Shown: positions 23,157-37,479, numbered from the whole stretch's first letter. The stretch: DNA of 63,630 nt, filler included, from Octopus bimaculoides (GCF_001194135.2; 5 parts of 5 records of this genome joined end to end with filler, not necessarily neighbours in it), one strand, 5' to 3'. The notes: generated by a model from the sequence alone, not told the origin. Numbers and translations are program-made.

Positions 23157-24707
23157 NNNNNNNNNNNNNNNNNNNNNNNNNNNNNNNNNNNNNNNNNNNN
23201 NNNNNNNNNNNNNNNNNNNNNNNNNNNNNNNNNNNNNNNNNNNNNNNNNNNNNNNNNNNNNNNNNNNNNNNNNNNNNNNNNNNNNNNNNNNNNNNNNNNN
23301 NNNNNNNNNNNNNNNNNNNNNNNNNNNNNNNNNNNNNNNNNNNNNNNNNNNNNNNNNNNNNNNNNNNNNNNNNNNNNNNNNNNNNNNNNNNNNNNNNNNN
23401 NNNNNNNNNNNNNNNNNNNNNNNNNNNNNNNNNNNNNNNNNNNNNNNNNNNNNNNNNNNNNNNNNNNNNNNNNNNNNNNNNNNNNNNNNNNNNNNNNNNN
23501 NNNNNNNNNNNNNNNNNNNNNNNNNNNNNNNNNNNNNNNNNNNNNNNNNNNNNNNNNNNNNNNNNNNNNNNNNNNNNNNNNNNNNNNNNNNNNNNNNNNN
23601 NNNNNNNNNNNNNNNNNNNNNNNNNNNNNNNNNNNNNNNNNNNNNNNNNNNNNNNNNNNNNNNNNNNNNNNNNNNNNNNNNACGATCCAACTAAATGAAT
23701 CTCGGACACTTCCTCCTCACAGTTTCCTTTTTGCATGAATACGAATACGCATGGTTTACTAAATAATGATTTTCTTTTTTTGTTTTTTTTTATTTCTTTT
23801 TGTCATGCAATTTAAACTGAAATCAAACAGCATAATTACATAAATATACTTGATACAAACAAATATACTTGATACAAACAAATATACTTACAGACACACA
23901 TAAATACATACAAAGAAACATACTTACAAACATACATACATACATAAATACATGCATAAATATATGCATACACACACACATACATACTTACATACATACA
24001 TACATACATAAATACATACAAACAAGCATACATACATGCATGCATGCATAAATAAATACGTTCATGCATGTAGTGTGTATGTATGTATATGTTTCTTTGA
24101 TGGTTAATATCGGCAACAAGACAATGGTGTTAGCTGAGTGGGCGATGATGGCGGCGCACACACAACCATGTTCTGATGGTGATTACTTTAAAAGTGTTGC
24201 TAAGCAATTAGGTTAATTAGGCTTGCATATAGACATATATGTGCACACCATGATTACTTAGGGATTGTTGCTAAGCAACTAGTTTAATTACACTGGTACA
24301 CGAACAAGCCAACACATACACATGTATATATACACACATATACACGCTTATGCATGCAAAAGGTACCTCACACGGATTTCTTTTCACATAAGTGATCTTT
24401 TAAGATCTAATTCTCCACGTGATCCCTCAACAATGGTTATACGTAGATACGTGTTTGTGTGTTTGAGAGACAGTCTTGACGGAAGTGAACAAACTGAAAC
24501 TTCAAAGTCACTATTGACTATTAATAGCTTAGTAAACGTGTTCTTTACTAAAAAGGTATTGAGTAATGTTTCAGTTTAAGATTAAATGGATTTTATATCC
24601 AACTTTATATAGGCACAAGTAAAAGAATAAAAGAAATATATAGACGCATGCACGCACATCAACACACAAACTCACCCACAGGCATAAATACACACAGACA
24701 CACATAT

Positions 24708-24741
<34 letters not shown>

Positions 24742-24858
24742 TTTTGCGTCAACTTAAAAATGGAAAAGCTTCTGATATTGATGGTATTCATGCAGAAGAG
24801 CTCAAATCAAAAGGGAAAGGGAAACAGGATGGTGGATCTTCATCATAATATATATATA

Positions 24859-25088
24859 TTTCTTTATTGCCCACAAGGGGCTAAACATAGAGGGGACAAA
24901 CAAGGACAGACAAAGGGATTAAGTCGATTACATCAACCCCAGTGTGTAACTGATACTTTATTTATCGACCCCGAAAGGATGAAAAGCAAAGTCGACCTCG
25001 GCGGAATTTGAACTCAGAACGTAACGGCGGACGAAATGCCGCTAAGCATTTCACTCGGCGTGCTAACGTTTCTGCCAGCTCACCGCCT
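24859..25088 (-). mobile_element. SINE family A, young copy with an alternative 3' tail
   Basis: CpG-rich near-consensus head; tail CCCCTTGTGGGCAATAAAGAAAT differs from the GGCCTTGTGCC tail of other copies. Confidence 0.85.
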
Positions 25089-25099
25089 TAATCATGATA

Positions 25100-25490
25100 T
25101 ATAATCGATGGGTAAATGATATACTTTCTCTAGATCGGTATGTGGCTGGGGGCTTATGTCACTGATGGTGTTGTGCAACGGAGAACGAGGATTATCACCT
25201 GTGGCGTTTCTGTCCTAAATGTTACAGGGAAAATATCTGCTTACTGATTTTTGATCAGGTTTTCACGTTGGTCAAGAGGCCAATGATATAATCTTGCTTT
25301 GGATTTTCTTCTTAATCGTCCAGATCAAGAGAAATCTACGAGAGAAAAATTTCCCGAGCGATATTGGCCAAACCATCGTTGGTATTTCCAGATACTTAAA
25401 TTTTCATTTCCATAGATAGAACAAATATTTCTTGCTACTTCCATAGGTGAAGAAACCCCTTTTGTATTCATATAGCGTATTTTATCTGAT
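25100..25490 (-). mobile_element. Mariner transposase N-terminal (HTH) remnant
   Basis: Minus-strand peptide SPMEVARNICSIYGNENLSIWKYQRWFGQYRSGNFSLVD resembles the mariner HTH region. Confidence 0.6.
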
Positions 25491-26549
25491 ATGGGTCTGG
25501 TCTAAACTTATTTTAATATGGTAAAATCGACACAGATTTAACCACTATAATATAAAGAGACAGAGAAAATCAGCTAGTCGATTGCTTGAGAAATGTATTG
25601 AGTAGAGAGACTTGACCCCCTAGCATTACTTCATTGACTTCACTAATACTTTACATTTACTGATTCTTTATGTATTACACGAAATTCTCAGAAATGTTGA
25701 TTGTCCTAATATATTTACAAATACATCTTTTCAATCAGTGGTGGTGTAAAACAAAGTGATGCAGTCATTCCTACTCTATTTACCGTATATTTCCCAATAG
25801 GTTTTTTTTTTTTCAATTGCTTTCAAACACTGCTATGCAGTTATTTATATATGCGATCACACAATTGGTAAGTTATTCGACCTCAATTTTTTTAATATTT
25901 TGTAACTCTAAGATCTCTCGTAGACTGACAACTATAAGGTTGCCCCCCACTCAAAGTTTTACAGACAAAATTCCATTGAAACTTAACACGTTGGGCTTCA
26001 CAATAAATTTTAATGAAACTGTTTTTCAGCATCAGCTCTGCCTTGGAAATTTTCGTATGGATCCAAAAAATAGCAATATATGGTAAAACTTATTAACCAA
26101 GACGTGGAAGATACTTATTAACCATAAAAAAAAATTTATAATAAAACATAGACTGTTAACTTCAATCAATTATTTAATATTTAGTGACAAAATTGTCGAC
26201 GCATTATCTGGGACGTAGAACTGCGTTAGTGACAGTGCAACGAACATTTTTATATTAAAAAAAAAAAGAAAGAAAATTTAACAGTTTCTGTGCTTTTTTT
26301 TTTTTTGCTTGTTTTTTTTCAATGCTTAATATGTATCTTTCACGATATTATTGCTTTAGTTTCGACACACAATCAGATCAAACACTTATCAGTCAAGTAC
26401 ATCATAAAATATCGTGAATTTTCCCTCAAATAATTGTGCGGCATGTAGCAGCGGTGTATTTTAAAAAATGACACAAAAATAGTTATTTTCGAAACATGCA
26501 ATATTGTCTCTTTTGTTGCATGGCTGTAAAACAAGGACATATTCAAAAT

Positions 26550-26745
26550 ATATTAAACACTCAGAGCGTTTTCAGTAAAAATATCCAATAAATTTTGCAT
26601 ATATCTTACAAATAAACATGAGTGAAGATGAGGTCTTGGAGTTAACGAATGTTGTAAACATAGAAGTTCTCGTGCGACGTTGTAACCTGAGGTGAGCAGG
26701 TCTTGGAAGTTCGTATGCAAAGTATAAGAATTCCAAAGCATCTAT
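26550..26745 (-). mobile_element. Possible mariner C-terminal remnant
   Basis: HSCLFVRYMQNLLD resembles HLFRSMQNFLD following the YSPDLAP motif; heavily degraded. Confidence 0.35.
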
Positions 26746-27519
26746 TCTATGTAGAATTATGCCTTTAGAAAAAATTCCCTAACAGACCGAATTTAGGATA
26801 CAAGTACTGCTTAAATTTGTTATAAAGAAAAAGAAAGGCAACATAATTGTAATTTAAGATTAGCATACTCAGAACGTCTAAGCATTTTGAAGAGAATCGC
26901 ATGATACATAAAACTGAAACGTGATACAAGGGAATGAAAATTCATACATATGAAAATCGAAAACTGTTGTTCAGTTCATGAATACAACACGAAAAGCAAA
27001 AGTTCAAAAACGGAAGTTTGTGATACATTCTACGATTTTAGTCCAATAAATTGCAATTTTCGTATCTCCTGTGCCACATAAACTCGCAGAGACACGAGTC
27101 AATTATAGATCGCTGAGTGTCACAGCGTCGTTTATTACCTCGCTTTACAGAAGCCCGCGTGCTTTCCGGTTATTACGTGTGGGTACCATCATTCGAAATA
27201 GTAAACCCCGCGCTAAGCAAGCAGCTTACAGATTGGCAAAAATTACTCAAAATTTGCAACCTTTTAATAAAAGTTATTAACTGTTTATTTATTAATTTAT
27301 GGCAAAAATGAATTTCATCTCCATAATTAGCATTAAAAAAACTACATCAGTACACCAAATTTGAAATCAAATGGAACAAAACTGAAGGAGATGAAAAGTG
27401 AAAGGCAAACAGAAAAGATCCTTACCCTATACTTTTGTAGAGAACAAATTTAATATTCTTCAACAAGAACGTTGTTGACAGTAACTTCGATGTTTCGGTC
27501 AGCTAAGTCATCGTCCCAA

Positions 27520-27950
27520 TGGAGTGAAGGACGTCGTCGCAGAATACCATCACGCAAAGCTACGAAGGGTTGTTCGTGTCGCAAGGTTCACAGAAGATCA
27601 GCGGACCCGTGCAGTTGTCGAGTGGTACCCGCGTGAGCGGCAGAGACCACCCAGAAGACTTCCAATCAGGTGGGAAGATAATTTAAGGAAAATTTTGGAG
27701 CAAAATGGTGAGAACACGAGGGGAGTGGAGCGAATGGTGTGGCCAGCGGAGCCGACTCAGCACCAGACAGCCTGGCCGATCCGACTGAACACTATTCAAT
27801 TTTTTTTCTCCGTGTTTTTCTCCTTGTCTCCGTATTCTTTCTGTTGAAGAGCGTAGCTCGAAACGTCAAAGACTTCTCGTATTCCCGAGCGTCATACTAA
27901 TATATACTTTTGTTATTTACACCACCTGTCCTCGTCTGTTGTTATTATTT
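27520..27950 (+). mobile_element. RTE-clade LINE 3' fragment with UTR
   Basis: VARFTEDQRTRAVVEWYPRERQRPPRRLPIRWEDNLRK matches the RTE C-terminal consensus type (HVAR..D.RWT..V.EW.PR..KR..GRP..RW.D). Confidence 0.8.
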
Positions 27951-28593
27951 GTATATTCTCCCATATATATATANNNNNNNNNNNNNNNNNNNNNNNNNNN
28001 NNNNNNNNNNNNNNNNNNNNNNNNNNNNNNNNNNNNNATATATATTCAAGTATACATGCACAAAAGCAAGCAAGTAAGAGATCGTTGTCACCTAGAAGTA
28101 AATATATCTGCCAACTACAAAACAAAATCTGTCTGTCTAATGGTCACGTGAACCTATATGATCAAGGGTGAATATTTTAGCCGGATAAAAATGAAATATT
28201 ATCTTGATAAGCAGCAACACAACACCTGGAATAAACAACTGTTAAAAACCTAGTTGTTCCACTCAAGCGATTTTTATAATTATGAATACAAATATCACTT
28301 TCCACTTGTATGCTTGCGTGTGTGTATGTATGTATGTATGTATGTATGTATGTATGTATGTATGTATGTATATTTTACTTGTTTCAGTCATTAGACTACG
28401 GCTATTCTGAGGCACCTCCTTGATGGGTTTAGTCGAATAAATCGATCACAGTATTTTTTTTAAGTCTGATACTTATTCTATGAGTCTTTTGGGGTGAGCC
28501 ACTAAATTGCAGGGATGTAAACAAACCAACACCAGCTATCAAGTGATGGTGTGGGACAAACATAAATGACACATACATACATACATACATACA

Positions 28594-28624
<31 letters not shown>

Positions 28625-29019
28625 GTGTATGTGTGTGTGCATACGACGGGCTTCTTTTAGTTTCCGTCTACTAAATCCACTCACAATGATTTGGCTGTCC
28701 CGGAGCTATAGTTGAAGACGCTTGCCCAAGATGCCACTGAACCTAGAACCATGTGGTTGGAAAGCAAACTTCTTACCCACACAGTCACCCCTACATGTAT
28801 ATATTATTCTTTATGTTTGTGTGTATGTATGTATGTATGCCTGCATGCATGTAAGTATGTATGTCAGATAAAATAGACTCCAAATAGATTAATTGTGGTC
28901 CGCATCAGCAAGACTTGTATTATTTCGTAAAGTGACAAAGAATAGAGGAATATTGCTGGGGAGAGTTTCTGACGTTTCAGATAAAGTCTTTCTTCAAGTT
29001 TGAGCTTATAGGAAGAAGG

Positions 29020-29119
29020 NNNNNNNNNNNNNNNNNNNNNNNNNNNNNNNNNNNNNNNNNNNNTTAATTAATTAANNNNNNNNNNNNNNNNNNNNNNNNN
29101 NNNNNNNNNNNNNNNNNNN
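29020..29119. other. Artificial 100-bp scaffold spacer (44N + TTAATTAATTAA + 44N); identical spacers at 55811-55910, 60409-60508 and 61776-61875
   Basis: Four identical constructs; the 12-mer gives stop codons in all six frames. Confidence 0.95.
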
Positions 29120-29180
<61 letters not shown>

Positions 29181-30062
29181 ATTTTTTTTTCTCAGAGACG
29201 GTTGTTTCATATCTTTCCAGTTGCTTCTTCATATGTTGTCTTGGCAAAATCAAAATCAGTGAGTTTTCTATATTCCGTGATTCTATCGTCCTTGGCATTC
29301 ACCAAAGATTCAGAGATAGCTTTGGTGATAAGGAAATAAAAAAAAATCTTGCGCGGAGAATCTAATAAAGATTTGTAAAGACTAATGAATGTTAAACGAC
29401 TAAAGACTAAGGAAGACTGATAGTTCTTGACAAAATTATTACGCATTATCTCAACTTATGATATTAACTACTACCTTGTTGGTGTTATATAATTCCTAAT
29501 TTATCTTGACTGAATAAATCTATGAACAAAAGTCTACCATTTGTGCCCACCCAGTCCTAATTTTTTTTTATATAGTTATATCTTTCTGTATTGAAGTACA
29601 AACCATATCAATAGATTTTTAACCACAGTGTGTGTACAAACAGATGTAAACGCCTTGCATTTAACGACAATTTCTTCGTGGACCGAAAAAGAAAAATAGG
29701 CAAGATGCAGTTTGAATAGTGTATTGAGATTTCACCAGAAACTGAGTTTAGACAGGTGTAAACTGTGTTTTTACATTTGTCTGTACATACAGTATTGATT
29801 AAAAGCCTATAGATATATTCTCTAGTACAATTTCGCATTGAAACAAAGCATTGTTAATGCATCAATAATTTATAAATCGAACTCACTCCGTGAGTGTGCT
29901 GTATATGCAGACCGTTTAAAGGACTTCAGCTGTTAAAAACAGTGGGTTTATAAGCAGTGTCTCCGTGGGTGAATAAAGAAAATAGTTTTTCCAGTGAAAT
30001 TCCAAGGCGAGTAGCTAGTTCGGTTGACCCCTTCTATTGGTATATAAAAATATTGGTATATA

Positions 30063-31377
30063 CGAGGTGGTATGAAAAGGTTCCCTGACAAGTTATATTT
30101 AATAAAAAATAACCTACTGATCTAAGTTTTAATATCATCTCCTTCGAAATAGTCATCTTGCGTAGCAATACATCGGTCCCAGCGTTTCCGCCACTTTTGG
30201 AATCTTGCCTGGAACTTGTTTCCCGTAAACGAGTCGAGGACCTTCTACGATTCGCTCTGGATTTCGACAGCGATGTTAAAACGGCGACCTTTGAGCTGCA
30301 TTTTCATTTTGAGGAAGAGGTGGAAGTCCGCAGGTGTTAAATCTGACGAATAGGGCGGATGCGGAAGCGATAACATGTTTTTGGCGAGAAACTCGCGAGT
30401 GAGGAGAGCTCGTTGACAGGGTGCATTGCAGTCGTGAAGAATCCAATTCTTTGCATTCTACAGATCCGGTCGCTTTCGTTGAATGTTCTCTCTTACACGC
30501 TTCAAAACGTCGCAGTAGAACTCGCGATTGAGGGTCTGGCTTTGGAGAACGAATTCTCGATTCACAATACCGCGGATGTTGAAAGACGATGAGCATGCTC
30601 TTGAATGAGCTGCAGCTCTGTTGTGCTTTCTTCAGTCGTGGAGATGAAGGCCTATTCCATTGTGACTATTGCTGCTTCGTCTCAGGGTCGTACTCGTAGA
30701 CCCAAATCTCGTCACCGATGGTGATTCTCGACATGAAGGATGGGTCACCAGAGACATGCAGATGGAGATCTTAACAGACTTTGACACAATATTATTTCTG
30801 TTCAGTGGTCAGCAGGTGGGGGAAAAACTTGGCAGAGACACGCCACATGTTCAATTCAGACGTTAAGATTGTTTGCACGAACCCATATGACAGACCGACA
30901 ACATCAGTAATGTCGTTGATTGTCCTCCGACTTTCCTCATGCACAAGCTGATGAATTTTCTTCACATTTCTGGGGGTGATGCTCGTGGCACGTCTTCCAG
31001 ATTGCTCATTGGTTTCCAGGGATGTTCTTCAGCTTTTGAAGCACTCGTGCCACTCGAAACATTGCGTACGACCCATTGCCTCGTCGCCGTAAGCTTGCCG
31101 AAGCATGCTCAATGTCTCTGTTGCAGAGGTTCCAATTTTAACGCAAAATTTTACGCTGGTTCTTTGTTCCACCTTCCTGTCCATGACAAAAACCACAGAC
31201 CACAGTACACGTGACCACAAAAACACAAATTTTACAACGTGCGAAGTAAACACAGTGATGTTACTCGGCACACTGCCTCATGAATGTCACTGCTAACTTT
31301 CACTGTGCATGCAACTGTGTGCTGCCGACTGTTGGCGTGCTACGGAACTAGTCCGGGAGATTTTTGATACCACCTTG
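30063..31377 (-). mobile_element. Full-length but pseudogenised mariner (DD34D) transposon, 1315 bp
   Basis: About 30-bp TIRs (TA|CGAGGTGGTATGAAAAGGTTCCCTGAC vs GTCCGGGAGATTTTTGATACCACCTTG|TA). HTH peptide MDRKVEQRTSVKFCVKIGTSATETLSMLRQAYGDEAM, GDE motif, HPPYSSDLTPADF and DDYFEGD; stops and frameshifts present. Confidence 0.92.
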
Positions 31378-31870
31378 TATAATGACAATGTTATGTGTAT
31401 GACTTTAAACTACACCCCGTAGTGGGGTCTTGGTTTGGGAGTCCCAGGGTTTTGAGGACTGAAAAACAACACCTTATCCAATTTTATTCCTAGATCTACC
31501 CTGACGCGGATTAGTAATACCAGCCAAAGCCCAAACTATGAGTTAATTCACATGTTACGAAATATCTTTATCTACTCAGCTAAATTCTGCATCATTTCTT
31601 TATAGTATTTGGCGGAATTAGAAGTTTAAAATTGAAATTTAGAAATAAGGAAAATGGTACATAGAATATACATTACATTTGGGTTGTTGTTTACTTACTA
31701 CAAGCACATACGTGTATGTGTGTGTATTTGTATGTGTATAACTATACATACATACATACATGCATATATATAAATATATATATGTATATAAATAAATATA
31801 CATATACATATGCATATATATCTATATATGTGTGTATATATATATGTATATATATATATGTATATATATA

Positions 31871-31934
<64 letters not shown>

Positions 31935-32047
31935 CTTCGGTACGAATGGTTTTTTATACGGCGCCGTTTTTACAATCCTGTAAATAACAATTATGGTATT
32001 TTTTTAAAATATAAAAATGGTATTATGTATGCATATACATATCTATA

Positions 32048-32118
<71 letters not shown>

Positions 32119-32361
32119 ATATATATATGCACATATGTATGTATTTGTGTGTCTGTGTTTGTCCCCCCACCATCGTTTGACAACCGATGACAGCCGATGT
32201 TGGTGTGTTTACGTCCCCATAACTTATAGGTTCGGAAAAGAGACGTTAGAATAAGTACTAGGCTTATAAAGAATAGCTCCTGGGGTCGATATGTTCGACT
32301 AAAGGCGGTGCTCCAGCATGGCCGCGGCCAAATGACTGAAATAAGTAAAAGAATAAAAGAA

Positions 32362-32452
<91 letters not shown>

Positions 32453-33372
32453 TTCCTACCCAGACTCTATGATCCGAGTAGAAAATACCTGCCATCATAG
32501 TGGGATCGAAACCGGATCTGCGATGTTGTGAAACACTTCTATACTACACTATCAAGTGTTAGTGTAGAAAAAAAATATGTGTAGATGCCTTTTTTTCTCA
32601 TGTGTATGTAGAGAAATTCTTCGATAAGGAATTGGGGTGGGGTTATCAGCTTCCGGTTTCTCAGTGTTTTGTGAGCCTTCTCATATCTTCTGAAGTCAGA
32701 ACATGTCTTTCTGCAGGCAGCCATATTGTTCTTGCTGCTGACCGTGTTTCTTCTTTTTGCTGAATTGTTTTATGTTTGGTTGTTAATAGAATATCTAATT
32801 TTGTTTCTTCCAAATTCCTTTTGGCGTTCTTGAAGCTACGAGCTTTATCGTGATATCAAAAGGCTGCTTCCTTTCTTGGAATGTGACAAATGTTTACTTT
32901 CTGTACTGGGAGTCATCAAACCTAATTTAGACAGAAACGTTTAGCTAACAAAACATAGAAAAGTACGAGAAAAAATGTATGTATTTTAACTTTAGACCTT
33001 AAAGAAAAAGGCGGTTTTTCACAAATCTTTAAAAAAATTTCGCTATGAAGTAACAAAATTCAATTAAAACATAAAAAATAAACCAATATCAATAAAAATA
33101 AAGCAGTTTTTTCAATCAAAATGAAAAGTGGAAAAGAAATTGACGAGTTTACATGGTCATAGTAATCAAATGACAAGAAACCTTTGCTTTTACAACAGCA
33201 TTTTTGCTTTTCCTTGCAATTTCCGCACCAGAAATGTTTTGTTCTGTAGTATGTATGTGACTATACATGTGGACATGCACACGTACGTATTTATGTATGT
33301 ATGCATGTATGCAAGTATTTAGGTATATATTTATATATGTCTATGTGCCAGCGGTTCTGTCATTGCATGCAT

Positions 33373-33432
<60 letters not shown>

Positions 33433-33529
33433 ATATATGTGTGTATACACATGCTTATGTTCGCATGTCCACATTAGATTAAACTTCGGGAATATTTGTT
33501 TAGCATATTGATTTCAAAGTTTAGAACAA

Positions 33530-33722
33530 GGCCAGCAATTTTGTGGGAGAAATTAAGTAGATTACATCGAACCCAGTAATTAACTGGTACTTATTTCATC
33601 GACCTCGAAAGGATGAAATGTATATTCGACCTCGGCTGAATTTGAACTCAGAACGTAAATGCAGACGAAATGCCTCTTAGCATTTTGCCCGGCGTACTTA
33701 TGATTCTGCCATCTCGTCGCCT
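33530..33722 (-). mobile_element. SINE family A copy
   Basis: Reverse complement of the family consensus including the B-box. Confidence 0.8.
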
Positions 33723-33929
33723 TCATGTATGTTTAACATATTGCCACACTTTGTAGCTGTAATTTGTTAGACCTGTTCTTCCTGGTTTTATGAAGCTTAA
33801 CTTAAGACTGTGTCCCAGGTAGAAATCTAAAACTATATTCCGAATATAGTAACTGCAGACTTTTTATTAGTTCGGTATAATATTTTACTAATATTTAACA
33901 GGACCTGAAGAGAACCATCAGGACAGGTC

Positions 33930-35395
33930 CTAAAAGAAACATCCTCATCATATTAGGAAACTGGATCGCTAAAGTATGCTCGGATGCATATATGGCCAAT
34001 GGATTGGGATGGTGGGACGATTCAGGATTGGAGTAACTAGTGATCGTGGACCGCGACTCATAAGAATTTGTTGGTACATACTAACAAGTTCCCAAACAAG
34101 ACCTCGCCAAGAACAACATGGCATGAACTCAGAACTCACAACCAAATTGACTCCATCATCGCCCCTCAAAGTCTAAGTTCAGCATCAACAAGGCTATGAC
34201 TAGGACTTACCCTGGTGCGGATGTCAGCAGCGATCATGATTTGGTCCTGCGAGTCGCAAACAGTAAAGGATCTACAAGAAAAGAACCACACGTAATAGGA
34301 TTCATGTAGAAAAACTGAAAGGCCCCAGGGTTGCAGCGGTGTTTGAGGCGAAAGTGGGTGGTAGCTTTGCAACCCTTAGCCTTCTAGAAGACTATATAAG
34401 CTTCCTGATGAACATCATCAGGGATGCATTTCATGAAATGGCTTTAGAAGTGCTGGAGAGAAGAAGGGAAGAGAAATCATGGGTTAGTGATGGCATCTTA
34501 AACCTATGCAACGTAAGGCAGGAGCTGAGGTAGACCAAGCTATCGTGTCAGAAGGCAAGTCAAAAATACCACGCTGTGAATAGGAAGGGTAGGTAAGAAA
34601 ATGAGGGAAGCCCATGAGAAATGGATAGCAGACCAGTGCAAAATCATCGAAGCTGGGATAAAGGAGGGCAACAGCAGGTTGCTTATGAAACTCTCAGAAT
34701 CGTAATGGAAACCGAGAAACACACTACCACTATCAAAAAAGACAAGACAGGCCTGTTCTTCACGGATAAGACTGATGTTATCAAAAGATGGCCTGAGTAT
34801 TGAAAAGACCTTTCTTATCACAAACTTCAACATGCTGGTTAAATCCAACAACAGTAGAGAACTTGGGGATACTCCAATTCTCCAGAAGGAAGTCGAAGGG
34901 AGCAGTGTAGATAACATTCCATCAGAATCCTAAAACACGGAGAGCTAAGGCTTATGATGGTACTAACAGTTACATGTTAGAAGATATGGAAAACGGGGCA
35001 GTGGCCAAAGGAGTGGACACAATCACTGATGATACCTATTACCAAGAAGGGTAACTAAAGGCTATTCAAGAATGATAGAACAATCAGCCTAATTAGCCCC
35101 CCCCCACCCGAGCAAAGTATCGCTAAGAGTTCTGCTAAACAGTCTTAAGCAGAAGGCAGAAGAAATCCATGAAGAAGAACAGGCAAGAATTAGACCATAA
35201 AGAAGTGCTGTGGAACTGGTATTTAACATCAGACTGTTTACCGAAAAACATTTGCAGCATCAATCTGACCTTTATCACAACTTCATCAACTTCAAAAAGA
35301 CTTTTGGCAGTGTTTAGCACGATAGCTTGTGGCAGGTGATGAAGAATCATAACTTCGATGACAACCTCATCGACTGGATGTACCAATTAAGGGAA
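33930..35395 (+). mobile_element. Decayed RTE-clade LINE, endonuclease to RT N-half
   Basis: Peptides RTYPGADVSSDHDLV, KDKTGLFFTDKTDVIKRWPEY, IWKTGQWPKEWTQSLMIPITKKG and QSDLYHNFINFKKTFGSV; many stops. Confidence 0.88.
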
Positions 35396-36409
35396 CTTGA
35401 TGATAATGATGTCAAATCTTTAACATGTTAACATCTATTAGGCAACGGATTGCTTCTGATGTGCACAATTTCTTTATTATCTTCTAAATTAATACATCTA
35501 GCCTGTTATGTTTATATCTGAAGTAAAATTTCCTTAAGTAAAATTGCATTGTATAAAGTTTTGACCGCAGCATCGTGCCTCACATGTTGATAATGACGTG
35601 ATGCTATTTTTGGACAGAGACTAAGGATGTGAACGACGTTCTTAATTAATGCTAATTCCACAGAGTGAATTGGTTGTCACATATAAGTGTAATATCTACA
35701 TCTTTATTCATTTGTGCATCAGATATTCCGTTGTTCTTTCCATTCTTGGATTACAAGATTATACTCTTCAAAGTGCGAACAAATATACCGGTTGTTTATC
35801 CAAGATAAAGGATTTTGCTTATCTATGCCTCTGTCCCTTTCACAATTTCGAACGATATACCCTTGTATAACCTGCTGATATACAGACAGATTTTCCTCTC
35901 ACAATCCGTTGCTGATGTTAATTGTCTACCATGCAGACTTGATCATGGATGCTCTTCGTCACTTAGTGATTAGATATAAACGAAAGGTTATAACGCAAAA
36001 TTCAAAGACTATTTGAATCGATATTAAGTCTCTTTGTTTTCATTATTGAGACAGGCCTTCTATATTACTACTCACACAGAAATTTCTGATGGCGGGTAAT
36101 AGTTTTCGGGTTTTTAACGTTAATGGTCCGGGTTTCATCCAACATCCAATCAAGTACTTCAAATGTTTCTATGGGTATTGGGACGGTAAACACATAGTAG
36201 AATCACTGGATGTAGAGAGTTCATAAGATTGTATATTTTTTATCCAGGTGCTATTTTCCCTGGTTACACATTCCTTGTTATAAGTTCCATCATGGGATAT
36301 ATTTTCTCACATCTCTAAGTACCATTAGTATCCATCAACAGATATAGCCAGGAAGAATAACTAAGCCGCTGGTAGAGATATTTCATGATATTAATAATGG
36401 CTTTAAAGG

Positions 36410-36635
36410 TAGGAGCTGGCAGAATCGTTAAAGCGTCGAAAAAATATTAATTCCTGGTGATATCTTTCTTCCGACTCTTTACATTCTGAGTTCAAATGAC
36501 GCCGAGGTCAAATTTGCCTTTCATCTCCACGGGGTCAATAAAATAAAATACCAACTAAATTAGTGCTGAGGTCAATGACATCGACTAATACTCTCATTTC
36601 AAATTTACTGGCCTTGTGTCAGAACCAGAAATAAT
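36410..36635 (+). mobile_element. SINE family A copy
   Basis: GGAGCTGGCAGAATCGTTA...GAGTTCAAATG...GGCCTTGTGTC. Confidence 0.75.
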
Positions 36636-37479
36636 AATTTTTTTAAAATTCAAACAATTATTTATTTGAATGAAGATAAAAGAATTCAATTTTCATGCCG
36701 CAATATGGCCTTTGTATGCAGTGCTTATTTTATTGATTGTGGTTTTTATTTGAAGTTATTAAAGCAATTGTTTTGTTTTTGATTTTTTCGTTGGCTGTAA
36801 AACCATCAGCATTATTCCTATCACTTCTTGCTTCTTATACCGTCGACCGTTTTATGAAATCCGATTTCTGGCTGCTTACATTGTTTTTCAAATCAGTAAA
36901 AAGATTTATGTCGCTATACAATGCCTCTTTTTTCGCTACTTGAAATTTCACACTACCTTCCCTATTAAAATCGTTATTAATGATACGAGATTCCAGAGTT
37001 CTTGCCATTTGTAGTCCTTCTTTTACTGTTCCAGTGACTATAGTTCATTAACATCAGTCTTGCTTTCGCTATTTGGAATCATGGTGAACACTTCAAATAA
37101 ATCTTTCATTTCATGTTACGTTGTTCCACAGTTTCATACGATAACTAATTCATCCAATCCTTCAACTCTTTTTAAATGTTCAATAATCTTACAATCAGAA
37201 TTGTTCTAAACAAAATGCTCTTGAAATGTCAATTTAAGGTATTTTAATTTTCCGAATTGCTGCTGTATTTCCATACAGGGTAGAATATTAATTTTTTTTT
37301 CTATAATTCTGAAGCACTAAACTTGTTTTGTTCCATATCATTGTGCAATATAATTTGCCTAAAAATTACAAATCAAGTCTTGATTTAACGTAACTTAAAC
37401 GTTAGGATATTCAAATTGCAGAGACGTGATGGAGCGTTATAGATTAATAATAAAAATTTTAAATTCATATTTTGTTTTC

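Noticed and set aside
29064-29075. TTAATTAATTAA palindrome recurring four times (also 55855, 60453, 61820)
   Set aside because: Always centred in exactly 44N+12+44N. It is an assembly linker with six-frame stops, not biology. Adjacency across these points is unproven.
36680-37200. Possible hAT transposase remnant on the minus strand
   Set aside because: Only vague compositional resemblance; no diagnostic motif could be read.
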